From the NCBI GenBank assembly GCA_035776675.1, contig DASTWO010000033.1, positions 431-64,430 of the forward strand: 64,000 nt of DNA. Reading direction: 5' to 3'. Numbering within the stretch: the first letter of the stretch is position 1; every line of letters starts with the position of its first letter. Shown one piece after another: positions 8,452 through 17,484 of the stretch. The translations under genes were made by a program, and so were the position numbers. The notes beneath the pieces were generated by a model. It was not told the DNA's origin, did no database searches, and was given only the letters and a program-made list of their open reading frames with translations. The DNA comes from Bacillales bacterium (GTDB taxonomy: Bacteria; Bacillota; Bacilli; Bacillales; DASSOY01).

Positions 8452-8520
8452 ATACGACCCCGGTCTTATCCGAAAATCCATCCGTAGTGCGTTTTGGAAA
8501 AACGAAATGTTTCCTAAGAT
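8452..8520 (+). promoter_or_regulatory. LiaR-type box plus promoter (copy C), the PliaI equivalent
   Basis: ATACGACCCCGGTCTTA (8452-8468), then TTTTGG (8492-8497)-N17-TAAGAT (8515-8520). It lies directly upstream of liaI-liaH. Confidence 0.7.
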
Positions 8521-8550
8521 AGAAACAGAAAGGCGAAGGGAGGGAAAAAA

Positions 8551-8970
8551 ATGAATATCACTGGAAAGTTCATCGGCGGGATTGCCCTGGTTCTTCTTGG
8601 AGGGTGGTTGTTACTCGGTATGTTTGGTGTTCATCTCGGAGGCTTGATCGCTTTGTTGTTTGGCATCGTCCTCATCTGTTTCGGGGTGAAGAAGCTCAAA
8701 CAGGATCATAAGGTTCTGGGTGTGATTTCGTTGATTTTCGGTTTTATGTTTCTCGGCGGGTCGCTGCCATTCTTGATCAGTCTTGCTTTAGCAGCTGTGT
8801 GTATTTATTTCGGCTGGAAGTTGATTAAGCAAGAAAGACATCAATCGGAACCCGCTGCCGCTTATTCCGGCGACACGGAGTTTATGGATTACCGGAATGT
8901 GAAAGTGGAAGACAGCTTTGATCGCGAATGGGAAGACTTTCTGAGGAAGAATCCGAAGGATAACGATTGA
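8551..8970 (+). CDS. liaI: LiaI-like small membrane protein (putative membrane anchor for LiaH/PspA)
   Basis: Four hydrophobic helices followed by an acidic cytoplasmic tail. Sits immediately upstream of the PspA-family gene and downstream of the LiaR box. Confidence 0.6.
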   Translation: MNITGKFIGGIALVLLGGWLLLGMFGVHLGGLIALLFGIVLICFGVKKLKQDHKVLGVISLIFGFMFLGGSLPFLISLALAAVCIYFGWKLIKQERHQSEPAAAYSGDTEFMDYRNVKVEDSFDREWEDFLRKNPKDND

Positions 8971-9073
8971 TTCTTATAAAGGGAAGAGGGCGCACCGAAT
9001 GCAGGTGCGACACACGCACCTATTCGAGCAGAGAACAGAGTTCAAGGCAATATAAAATAAGGGAGGCATTTGC

Positions 9074-9763
9074 ATGGTATTGAAAAGAATTGGAGACATG
9101 ATTAGCGCGACCATTAACGAGGGGTTGGATCAAGTGGAGAATCCGAGAGTAATGCTCAATCAGTATTTGCGGGATATGGAGAGCGAGGTCGCGAAGGCGA
9201 AGCACGCGATTGTGAAGCAGCGCAGTCTGGAGCAAAGCTTCAGACGCAGAATGGAAGAAGCGCGGAAGTTGGCCGCGAAGCGGAGGAACCAGGGGCAGCT
9301 GGCGTTTGACGCGGGCGAGGAAGACCTGGCACGGAAGGCGTTAGCCGACATGAAGGGCTATGAAGCGAAAGCGGAGCAATACAGGGAGCTGGCGGAGAAA
9401 GCGGCGGAGCAGGTGCGTGAGCTGCAGGAGCAGCTGGGAGAGCTCGAAGAGCGATTCCAGGCGTTGAAGGACAAGAAGCATGCGTTGATCGCGCGAGCGA
9501 ATGCGGTGCGGGCGAAGGAGCATATGCAGGCATCGATGAATCGGGTGGATTCCGAGAGCGCGTTCCGTGAATTTCAGCGGCTCGAGGATCGGATTGCCGA
9601 GGCGGAGATCCGCGTGAATGCGTGGGGATGCGGGGGATTTGAGAGCAGCAGCGGACAGTTTGCGAAGCTGGAGTATGCGGATGAAGTGGAGAAGGAATTG
9701 GAGAAAATGCGGAAGAAGAATGGCGAGGGGAAATTGAGCAACGACGATAAGCAGGCCAATTAA
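9074..9763 (+). CDS. liaH: PspA/IM30 family phage-shock-like protein (LiaH)
   Basis: MVLKRIGDMISATINEGLDQVENPRVMLNQYLRDMESEVAKAK is the canonical PspA/IM30 N-terminus, followed by long coiled-coil A/E/R/K-rich sequence. RBS AAGGGAGG. Confidence 0.92.
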   Translation: MVLKRIGDMISATINEGLDQVENPRVMLNQYLRDMESEVAKAKHAIVKQRSLEQSFRRRMEEARKLAAKRRNQGQLAFDAGEEDLARKALADMKGYEAKAEQYRELAEKAAEQVRELQEQLGELEERFQALKDKKHALIARANAVRAKEHMQASMNRVDSESAFREFQRLEDRIAEAEIRVNAWGCGGFESSSGQFAKLEYADEVEKELEKMRKKNGEGKLSNDDKQAN

Positions 9764-9865
9764 GAAGCGGGCGTCCGAAGCGGCGCCTGTGCTCTTATGA
9801 TAGCGGGAACTTTTCTCCGTCGTTGGCCGTAAGAAGTGAGAAAAGGGGATTGAGGAGGGACGGCG

Positions 9866-10780
9866 ATGGCGGAAGTTATTGCGGTGGAAGGTTTGATCAA
9901 GCGATACGATGGGATTGAAGCGGTTAAGGAGATTTCGTTTACTGTGGAAAAAGGCGAGATCTTCGGGATGATTGGCCCAAACGGGGCAGGGAAGACCACG
10001 ACGATTGAGATTCTGGAGGGGCTGCGTAAACGTGATGAAGGAGAGGTTCGTGTTCTCGGCCTTGATCCGGGAAAAGATCAATATCAATTAAATGAAATGA
10101 TCGGTGTGCAATTTCAGGCAACCTCCATTCAGGAATTGATGAAGGTGAAGGAAGCTCTTTCGTTGTTTGCCTCTTTTTATAATGTGAGTGATGACGAAAT
10201 TGAAAAGGTTATTGCTGATTTGAACTTGAATGATAAATTGGATACGTACTTCAAAGATCTGTCTGGCGGCTGGAAACAACGGGTAACCCTTGCGCTTTCT
10301 GTCTTGCACAAGCCGGATATTGTTTTTCTGGATGAACCGAGTATGGGGCTTGATCCTCAAGCGAGACGTGAATTGTGGGAGGTCATCAGATCGCTTCAGG
10401 CGAACGGAACGACGATACTTGTGACCACGCATTACATGGAAGAAGCTGAAAGATTATGTGATCGGGTTGCGATGATTTATGATGGAAGAATTGAGGCTCT
10501 GGGGCAACCCAATGAGTTGCTTGAGGAACTGGCGACCCATTATCTTGTTTTTGAAAGTCCCAATGCGGCTCAAGATGTACTGAGGGATCTACCTGGAGTG
10601 GCTTCAGTGGAGCATGAAGGTGAGGCAATACGGATCCTTACGGAGGATTTGCAGACTACGTCATATCATCTATTTAAAGAAGCAGATGAACGAAGGTGGG
10701 AGATTCGAGCCTTCCGGTTTGAGAGAGGCACGCTGGAAGATCTGTTTGTTCATTTGTCGGGAAGGGAGGAAGTCGTATGA
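9866..10780 (+). CDS. ABC transporter ATP-binding protein (ABC-2 exporter type) embedded in the lia locus
   Basis: Walker A GPNGAGKTT, signature LSGGWKQRV, Walker B IVFLDEPSMGLD. RBS GAGGAGGG. Confidence 0.92.
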   Translation: MAEVIAVEGLIKRYDGIEAVKEISFTVEKGEIFGMIGPNGAGKTTTIEILEGLRKRDEGEVRVLGLDPGKDQYQLNEMIGVQFQATSIQELMKVKEALSLFASFYNVSDDEIEKVIADLNLNDKLDTYFKDLSGGWKQRVTLALSVLHKPDIVFLDEPSMGLDPQARRELWEVIRSLQANGTTILVTTHYMEEAERLCDRVAMIYDGRIEALGQPNELLEELATHYLVFESPNAAQDVLRDLPGVASVEHEGEAIRILTEDLQTTSYHLFKEADERRWEIRAFRFERGTLEDLFVHLSGREEVV

Positions 10781-11517
10781 ACAAAATTGTCAAGTTGTCA
10801 GTGATCGAAACCAAGCTGTTTTTCAGGGAAAAGGCGGCTGTATTTTGGACTTTTTTGTTTCCTGTGTTGATGATCTGGCTCTTCGGTGCCATGTTCGGGC
10901 AATTCAAAGTTGGAGGCATGTCCTACAGTAATGCTTATATCCCGTCATGGATCGCTGTTAACATTATGACGACCGCCTTTTTCGGTATCGGTATGGTTCT
11001 TGCCGGTTACAGGGAAAAGGGGATCCTACGCCGCTATCAGGCTACTCCAGTCCGTCCGTGGATGATCCTGGCTGCGCAAACTGTGCAAGGAACGGTGATC
11101 TTTGCTTTCAGTGTTTTCGTCATTGTCGCTTTCGGGTTTATCAAGTTCGATCTCCATGTTCCCGAATATTTGGGAAGCACGATCCTCGCGATTTTATTAA
11201 GTTTGGCGGCCTTTTTCCCATTTGGGTTGCTGCTGAATTCACTGGCCAAAAGTGTTCGTACGGCATCAGCGATCAGTTCACTTGCGCTGAATGTGATGAT
11301 ATTCCTTTCGGGGGCGACCTTTCCGCTGGAAATGATGCCGACCGCTCTTCAATGGGTCGCAAAGTTCTTGCCTCTCTATTACGTCATTCATTTGACCCGG
11401 CATACGTGGAATTTCTCACCGATTTGGGAAAACGGGTTTGACGTAGCGGTGCTGATTTTCGTAGGAGTGGTTTCTATTCTCCTGTCATCAAAATACTTTC
11501 GTTGGAGTGGACATTAA
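10777..11517 (+). CDS. ABC-2 type transporter permease
   Basis: ATGA overlap with the ATPase gene. Six hydrophobic helices, 246 aa. Confidence 0.85.
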   Translation: MNKIVKLSVIETKLFFREKAAVFWTFLFPVLMIWLFGAMFGQFKVGGMSYSNAYIPSWIAVNIMTTAFFGIGMVLAGYREKGILRRYQATPVRPWMILAAQTVQGTVIFAFSVFVIVAFGFIKFDLHVPEYLGSTILAILLSLAAFFPFGLLLNSLAKSVRTASAISSLALNVMIFLSGATFPLEMMPTALQWVAKFLPLYYVIHLTRHTWNFSPIWENGFDVAVLIFVGVVSILLSSKYFRWSGH

Positions 11518-12408
11518 ATGTTGAAGAAAGCAATCGGCCTCCTGTTTATTATAATCGGAGCCTTTATAATCCTAGGCATGGTTGGCCACAAGGGCGTAAA
11601 CTGGTGGACTTCAAACCATCATAATCTGCAAAACCAATCCATGATTCTTCGAGGCATCGCCACGATTGAAATTGAGGCTACCGGCACACAAGTCAATATC
11701 ATTTCCGAGGATCGGGGAAAGTTGATGGCTGATTTACATGGAGACGGAAACGGCCGCGCTAATCTGGATTTTCAACGGAATGGCGACCATCTGGAAATTC
11801 AGGTGGATCAGAATTGGTTCCATTGGTTCTCATTCGGGGACGGGTTAATTTTGGACGTTTATGTCCCTGAAAATTATAATAAAGCTATGGCCGTTGACCT
11901 TGGCTCAGGTGACCTGGATATTCAAGGTCCTTCCAAGAAGGAAATGATGAACTTAAATAGTTTCGCATTGGATATGAGTTCGGGAAATGCCGATCTTGAA
12001 AATCTGCGATTGGACCAATTGAAAATGGATGGTTCTTCAGGGAACATTGACCTCCGTTGGGTAACGGCCAATGAGGCTTCACTAGACATTAGTTCAGGGA
12101 ATATTGATTTGGAGCACTATAGCGGCTCGTTGGATGCTGAATTGTCTTCAGGAAGGCTCAACGCAAAATTCGAGCAGATCATGGGCCCCGTCGACATTGA
12201 AGCCAGCTCCGGGATGATTTCATTGGATTTACCGGATGAAGCGAATTTTGCATTAGAAGCGAAGGTCAGCAGCGGATGGATAGATTGTGAAATTCCGCTT
12301 CAAAATAAAAGTGTGGAAGAAGATAGAAATGAGGTCAGAGGGTCCCATGGAAGCGGGAAATATAAGATTGAACTTGATTCGTCGAGCGGCGTTATACACA
12401 TTTATTAA
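11518..12408 (+). CDS. liaG: LiaG-like protein (N-terminal TM anchor plus DUF4097 beta-helix repeats)
   Basis: Starts directly after the preceding stop. N-terminal TM segment, then repeated SSGNIDL / SSGNADL / SSGRLNA / SSGMISL / SSGWIDC / SSGVIHI units typical of DUF4097. Confidence 0.75.
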   Translation: MLKKAIGLLFIIIGAFIILGMVGHKGVNWWTSNHHNLQNQSMILRGIATIEIEATGTQVNIISEDRGKLMADLHGDGNGRANLDFQRNGDHLEIQVDQNWFHWFSFGDGLILDVYVPENYNKAMAVDLGSGDLDIQGPSKKEMMNLNSFALDMSSGNADLENLRLDQLKMDGSSGNIDLRWVTANEASLDISSGNIDLEHYSGSLDAELSSGRLNAKFEQIMGPVDIEASSGMISLDLPDEANFALEAKVSSGWIDCEIPLQNKSVEEDRNEVRGSHGSGKYKIELDSSSGVIHIY

Positions 12409-12429
12409 GGGTGGAAGGGGGCGGAGCCA

Positions 12430-13347
12430 TTGCGCCTGTCACGGAACCGTTTAGGCGGTTTTTTCGTAATCTTTATTGGTCTTTGCATCTTGTTTGGGGT
12501 TTTGGGACTCGGATTTTTGATTGGCCCGATTTTGTTCGCGGGCGCCGGGGTCATTTTGATCAGAAGAAAACATCGTTGGTTTGGACTGATTTGCTTTGCC
12601 CTTTCCCTTATTGTTCTATTTGAGACGGTTTTTCATATCGACATCGGAGGTTTGTTGGTAGCGGCATTTTTCATTTATTTCGGCTACAGGTTGATCACAG
12701 GCAAGTCTTGGCCTCGTCACCACGAAAGACATGCGGGACGGCATGACAGAAGAAGGTCAAGGCAAGATGATATGGACGATTGGGAAGCTGAAGAAAATGA
12801 GGCCGATGCGGTCGATGATGAAGACTGGATAGATAAAGAAATTGAAAATCTGAATACAAAAAATCAGCATGCTGATAGAGAAAACAAAAGCGAGGAAACC
12901 CAAACAAAAACTGAGCGAAACAATGACAAACATACAGAAAAGCAGACTGAAAGCGGCTCGACAGTTATTTTCAAAACCCCTGTTTATCGCAGCTCATTGA
13001 TCGGGGATTTTCGTCTCATGAACAGCCGGTTTGAATTGGATGATCTAAATTTGTCCAATTTCATTGGCGATGTGAAAATTGATCTATCTAAAGCCATCAT
13101 CCCCGAAGGTGAAAGCACACTTGTTATCAGCGGTTTTATCGGAGATGTGGACATCTACGTCCCATACGATCTTGATGTTTCCGTCAGTTCTTCAGTCACA
13201 ATCGGAGATATTGATGTGCTTGGACACAAACAGGGCGGCTTTAACAGGCAAGTTCGCCTGGAGACGAAAGGTTTTCCTGAAGCCTCCCGTAAGGTGAAAA
13301 TCTCCGTTTCAGTGTTTATCGGCGATGTGGATGTGAGATTTCTATGA
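12430..13347 (+). CDS. liaF: LiaF-like cell-wall-active-antibiotic response protein (TM domain plus DUF2154)
   Basis: N-terminal TM helices. C-terminal repeats FIGDVKIDL...GFIGDVDIYVP...TIGDIDVLG...VFIGDVDVRFL. Stop overlaps the liaS start. TTG start is uncertain. Confidence 0.85.
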   Translation: MRLSRNRLGGFFVIFIGLCILFGVLGLGFLIGPILFAGAGVILIRRKHRWFGLICFALSLIVLFETVFHIDIGGLLVAAFFIYFGYRLITGKSWPRHHERHAGRHDRRRSRQDDMDDWEAEENEADAVDDEDWIDKEIENLNTKNQHADRENKSEETQTKTERNNDKHTEKQTESGSTVIFKTPVYRSSLIGDFRLMNSRFELDDLNLSNFIGDVKIDLSKAIIPEGESTLVISGFIGDVDIYVPYDLDVSVSSSVTIGDIDVLGHKQGGFNRQVRLETKGFPEASRKVKISVSVFIGDVDVRFL

Positions 13348-14408
13348 AGAACAGGAAGTTAACGAGCATACGCTGGAGAATGTTGCAAGGGTTCATCTGG
13401 TCCGGTATTTTGCTTTCTGTTCTCACCCTTTTTATATTATTGGTCTACTACCATCTTGATTTTCAGGTATTGTTCTCTGTGAAATGGTTGGGATTGCCTT
13501 TTGTGATCATTCTGGAAGTACTGATTGTCGCTGTCAGCGCCTTGTTTGGCTATGTTTTTGGAAGCGGGGTTAAGAAGCGGCTGGAGTTGCTGAGCGAATC
13601 CATTCTAAATTACGAAAGAGGCAACTTCGGGCACAGGGTTCCATCATTAGGGGAGGATGAGATCGGGCTCATGGCCCAACAACTGAATGAGATGGCACAG
13701 CGGGTGGAAAAGCAGGTGGCTTCTTTACAACGATTATCTACTGAGAAAGCGGAGCTGAACGAACAAGTGAAGAAATCGGCAATTTCCGAGGAACGCCAAC
13801 GTCTGGCTCGTGAACTTCATGATGCGGTCAGCCAGCAATTGTTTGCGATATCGATGATGACATCGGCGATTCTTGAGAATCCCGAACTCATTGAAGGGAC
13901 CTTGAAAAAACGGATTGTCTCGGTAGAGAAAATGGCCGGAAACGCGCAAAATGAAATGCGTGCCTTGTTGTTGCATTTACGTCCTGCCACTCTTGAAGGA
14001 AAAGGACTGAAGGAAGGCCTTGAGGAGCTGTTGAGTGAATTCGAAACCAAGCAACCGCTGGTGATTCATTGGGAGATCGCGGACCTTCCGGAATTGACGA
14101 AGGGCATTGAAGATCATTTGTTTCGGATCGTTCAAGAAAGCATGTCCAATGTGTTTCGGCATTCACAGGCGGCCTCGGTTTCCATTCGCCTGGGTACGGC
14201 GGGTGGACAGCTCCATCTGAGAATCATTGATAACGGAACCGGATTTAACATGACCCAATCGAAGCCATCGTCTTATGGGCTTCAATCCATCCAAGAACGT
14301 GCCAATGAAATCGGCGGGGTGGCGGAAATTATTTCATTTCCCGAGAAGGGAACACAGGTTGAAGTGAAAGTCCCGATTATGGAAAAGAGAAGGGAGAAAG
14401 AATCATGA
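13344..14408 (+). CDS. liaS: Sensor histidine kinase LiaS (HAMP, HisKA_3, HATPase)
   Basis: Two TM helices, a HAMP-like segment, H-box RLARELHDAVSQQLF, N-box SNVFRHS, G-box DNGTGF...GLQSIQERA. Confidence 0.92.
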   Translation: MKNRKLTSIRWRMLQGFIWSGILLSVLTLFILLVYYHLDFQVLFSVKWLGLPFVIILEVLIVAVSALFGYVFGSGVKKRLELLSESILNYERGNFGHRVPSLGEDEIGLMAQQLNEMAQRVEKQVASLQRLSTEKAELNEQVKKSAISEERQRLARELHDAVSQQLFAISMMTSAILENPELIEGTLKKRIVSVEKMAGNAQNEMRALLLHLRPATLEGKGLKEGLEELLSEFETKQPLVIHWEIADLPELTKGIEDHLFRIVQESMSNVFRHSQAASVSIRLGTAGGQLHLRIIDNGTGFNMTQSKPSSYGLQSIQERANEIGGVAEIISFPEKGTQVEVKVPIMEKRREKES

Positions 14409-15037
14409 TACGTGTGCTGCTCGTTGATGATCATGAGATGGTAAGAATGGGTCTCTCCGCCTATCTGGAGTCCCAGTCCGATATCGAAATTGTCGGGGAG
14501 GCTTCGAACGGTGAAGAAGGGGTGCGATTAGCGGAAGAAACCGTTCCAGATGTCATATTAATGGACCTTGTCATGGAAGGAATGGACGGAGTAGAAGCGA
14601 CACGACAGATAAGCCTGGTGTTGGAGCAGGTGAAAATTATCGTTCTGACCAGTTTCGTGGATGACGACAAGGTGGTCCCGGTACTTGAAGCAGGAGCCTT
14701 CAGCTACTTGTTGAAGACTTCGAAAGCCGGAGAAATTGCTGAGGCCATCCGGGCGGCAAGCCGGGGAGAGTCGATTCTTGAGGCAAAAGTGACTGGTAAG
14801 GTACTGTCCAATATGCGCGGTTCGGGAGAGCGTAAATTGCATGAAGAATTGACCGGGCGAGAAATTGAAATTCTGCGTCTGATCGCGGAAGGCAAAACGA
14901 ATCATGATATTGCCGATGAACTGTTTATAGCGGTGAAAACGGTAAAAACCCATATTACAAATATCTTTTCCAAACTGGAAGTGGACGATCGTACCCAGGC
15001 GGCGATTTACGCTCACCGAAACAAGTTGGTGAATTGA
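14405..15037 (+). CDS. liaR: Response regulator LiaR (NarL/LuxR family)
   Basis: Receiver domain IRVLLVDDHEMVR...DVILMDLVMEGMDG. LuxR HTH LTGREIEILRLIAEGKTNHDIADELFIAVKTVKTHITNIFSKL. Confidence 0.93.
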   Translation: MIRVLLVDDHEMVRMGLSAYLESQSDIEIVGEASNGEEGVRLAEETVPDVILMDLVMEGMDGVEATRQISLVLEQVKIIVLTSFVDDDKVVPVLEAGAFSYLLKTSKAGEIAEAIRAASRGESILEAKVTGKVLSNMRGSGERKLHEELTGREIEILRLIAEGKTNHDIADELFIAVKTVKTHITNIFSKLEVDDRTQAAIYAHRNKLVN

Positions 15038-15052
15038 TTATGGGGAAAATAA

Positions 15053-15072
15053 CCCCGCGAAAGATTGCGGGG
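15053..15072. terminator. Bidirectional terminator between liaR and prpB
   Basis: CCCCGC-GAAAGATT-GCGGGG hairpin. The T-run (TTATTTT) is on the minus-strand side; the plus side is weaker. Confidence 0.65.
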
Positions 15073-15085
15073 CGTTGAGGAATGC

Positions 15086-16000
15086 TTAATCTTCACCGAT
15101 TTCCGGTAAAATTGTATTGGCGATTTTTTGATCGAGCTTTTCATAATCGTAATACTGAATGGTTTCATAAAGTTCTTCGCGGGTTTGCATATCTTCGAGC
15201 TTATTTCTTTGTGTATCTTTCTCGTAAATTTCTGCGAAAACGCGTTCATACGCTTTAGCGGCAACGCGTAGCGAGCTTACAGGATAAATCACCATATTGA
15301 ATCCGAAGGATTCAAATTCCTTCGCTGTGTAATAGGGTGTTCTCCCGAATTCCGTCATGTTGGCGAGGAGGGGAGCGTTTATGGTGTTACCCATTTGTTT
15401 AAATTCTCCCTCATTTGTGAGGGCTTCCGGAAAAATGGCATCAGCGCCGGCTTCAAGGTAGTTATTTGCCCGTTCAATTGCGGCGTTGGTCCCTTCGACT
15501 GCCTTTGCATCGGTACGTGCAACGACAACCAGGCTCGGCGCAATTTCCTTGATGGTCTTGATTTTTTGCATCATCTCTTCTGTTGATACAAGATTCTTTC
15601 CGTTGAGGTGACCGCATTTCTTCGGCAGATTCTGATCCTCAATTTGAACGGCCGCGATACCTGCCTCTACCATTTCTCGTGCAGTGCGGGCAACATTCAA
15701 GACGCCTCCGAATCCTGTATCTACATCCACCAACAGGGGCAAATTACTGGCACGTATCAGTTCACGCGCTTTGTGAGCGATTTCTTCTGAATGAATCATT
15801 CCCAAATCCGGCATGCCTCGGCTTGCCGTGTAGGCGGCACCGGATAGATACAATGCCTGAAATCCTACTTTCTTGGCCACAAGAGCGGCCATACCGTCAT
15901 GCGCACCGGGAATTTTCAGGATAGACCGATTTTCCATTAACGATTTAAAAGTTTCAGCGAGCTCGATTTGGCTAGACTGTGGTTGGACCATCCATGACAT
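15086..16000 (-). CDS. prpB: Methylisocitrate lyase / PEP-mutase-isocitrate-lyase superfamily (PrpB-like)
   Basis: GAHDGMAALVAKKVGFQALYLSGAAY, EDQNLPKKCGHLNGK (KxCGH catalytic loop), VVARTDA. Confidence 0.85.
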   Translation of the reverse strand: MSWMVQPQSSQIELAETFKSLMENRSILKIPGAHDGMAALVAKKVGFQALYLSGAAYTASRGMPDLGMIHSEEIAHKARELIRASNLPLLVDVDTGFGGVLNVARTAREMVEAGIAAVQIEDQNLPKKCGHLNGKNLVSTEEMMQKIKTIKEIAPSLVVVARTDAKAVEGTNAAIERANNYLEAGADAIFPEALTNEGEFKQMGNTINAPLLANMTEFGRTPYYTAKEFESFGFNMVIYPVSSLRVAAKAYERVFAEIYEKDTQRNKLEDMQTREELYETIQYYDYEKLDQKIANTILPEIGED

Positions 16001-16012
16001 TACGAATCCCCC

Positions 16013-17449
16013 TTAAATAACAAATAAACCCATAAATTCATTGACCGCTGTTGTTTTTAAACGGGCATCATCCTGGCAAAGCCGCAAGATTTCTTCGGAT
16101 TGTTTTTCAGGAAAGCGGGTTTTCAGGTTGTCCTTGAACTTATCGTGCAATAACGGAATGCCTTCATCTCGCCTGCGGCTATGACCGATTGGGTATTCTA
16201 CCGCTATTGAATCTGTCTCAGACCCATCTGTAAAGAAGACTTGAACCGCATTGGCAATTGATCGCTTTTCCGGATCCAGATAATCTCGACTGTATTGTTT
16301 ATTTTCCACTACGCTCATCTTTTCGCGTATCCTGTCAATTCTGGGATCACACGCGGTTTCTTCTTCATAATCGTCAGCGGTTAGTTCACCAAAGATGAGT
16401 CCGACAGCTGTGATGTATTGGATACAGTGGTCTCGGTCGGCTGGGTTATGTAACGGGCCTTTTTTGTCAATAATCCGGATGGCCGACTCATGTGTTGTAA
16501 TCGAAATATGGTCGATTTCATCAAGGCGTTCCTTAACCTGATCATGAAGATGTATGGCAGCCTCAGCCGCTGTCTGGGCATGAAATTCGGCTGGATAAGA
16601 AACTTTAAAAAGGATGTTTTCAATGACATAGGAATCGAGGGGACGAGCCAATTTCAATTCCCTGCCGCCGAAAAGCACATCTTGGAATCCCCATTCTGGT
16701 GCTGAAAGTGCCGATTCGTATCCCATTTCACCCTTCACACTCATCAAAGCAAACCGAACCGCCCGGCTTGTCGCATCACCGGCCGCCCATGACTTTCTTG
16801 CCCCCGTATTCGGCGCATGCCGATACGTACGCAAACTGGAATTATCAATCCATGCCTGAGATACAGCGTTGACTACTTCTTCGATTGTTCCGCCGAGCAT
16901 GGCGGTGACAACTGCTGTAGATGCCACTTTTACAAACAGTACGTGATCAAGCCCAACCCGATTTAAGCTGTTTTCCAAAGCCAGCACGCCCTGGATTTCG
17001 TGCGCTTTTACAATAGCCACAAGCACTTCGTCCATTGTCATTGATCTTTTTCCTTCTGAAATCCGCTGTCTGCTTATAGAATCAGCCATTGCCAGGATCC
17101 CACCAAGATTATCGGAAGGATGGCCCCATTCGGCCGCGAGCCAGGTATTGTTGTAATCCAGCCAACGGATCATGCAGCCAATGTTGAATGCTCCTTGTAC
17201 AGGGTCTAGTTCAAATGGTGTTCCAGGGACCCGACAGCCATTTGGCACAATTGTACCCGGGGTGATCGGGCCGAGGTGCTTCCGGCATTCGGGATACCGT
17301 AACGCAAGAAGTCCGCATCCCAATGTATCCATAAGAACGAAACGCGCAGCTTCAATGGCTCTCTCGCTGGTAATTTGTTTGTTTACGGCGTAATCCGCAA
17401 TTTGTACCATCAATGGATCGGTATTCCTTCGATTGGTTGATGTCCGCAT
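16013..17449 (-). CDS. prpD: MmgE/PrpD family protein (2-methylcitrate dehydratase-like)
   Basis: 478 aa. Motifs [33 protein letters not shown] typical of the PrpD family. Confidence 0.85.
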   Translation of the reverse strand: MRTSTNRRNTDPLMVQIADYAVNKQITSERAIEAARFVLMDTLGCGLLALRYPECRKHLGPITPGTIVPNGCRVPGTPFELDPVQGAFNIGCMIRWLDYNNTWLAAEWGHPSDNLGGILAMADSISRQRISEGKRSMTMDEVLVAIVKAHEIQGVLALENSLNRVGLDHVLFVKVASTAVVTAMLGGTIEEVVNAVSQAWIDNSSLRTYRHAPNTGARKSWAAGDATSRAVRFALMSVKGEMGYESALSAPEWGFQDVLFGGRELKLARPLDSYVIENILFKVSYPAEFHAQTAAEAAIHLHDQVKERLDEIDHISITTHESAIRIIDKKGPLHNPADRDHCIQYITAVGLIFGELTADDYEEETACDPRIDRIREKMSVVENKQYSRDYLDPEKRSIANAVQVFFTDGSETDSIAVEYPIGHSRRRDEGIPLLHDKFKDNLKTRFPEKQSEEILRLCQDDARLKTTAVNEFMGLFVI

Positions 17450-17484
17450 TTTTTCTCATTCCTTCGCTGTTGTTGTGACAATAT

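Noticed and set aside
9341-10087. 248-aa ORF on the minus strand overlapping liaH and the ABC ATPase gene. The Pro/Ala-rich 97-aa ORF at 9240..9533 is a similar case.
   Set aside because: Both lie antisense to genes with unmistakable PspA and ABC motifs. They are low-complexity, have no RBS, and are explained by the G/C-ending, stop-poor codon usage of liaH on the opposite strand.
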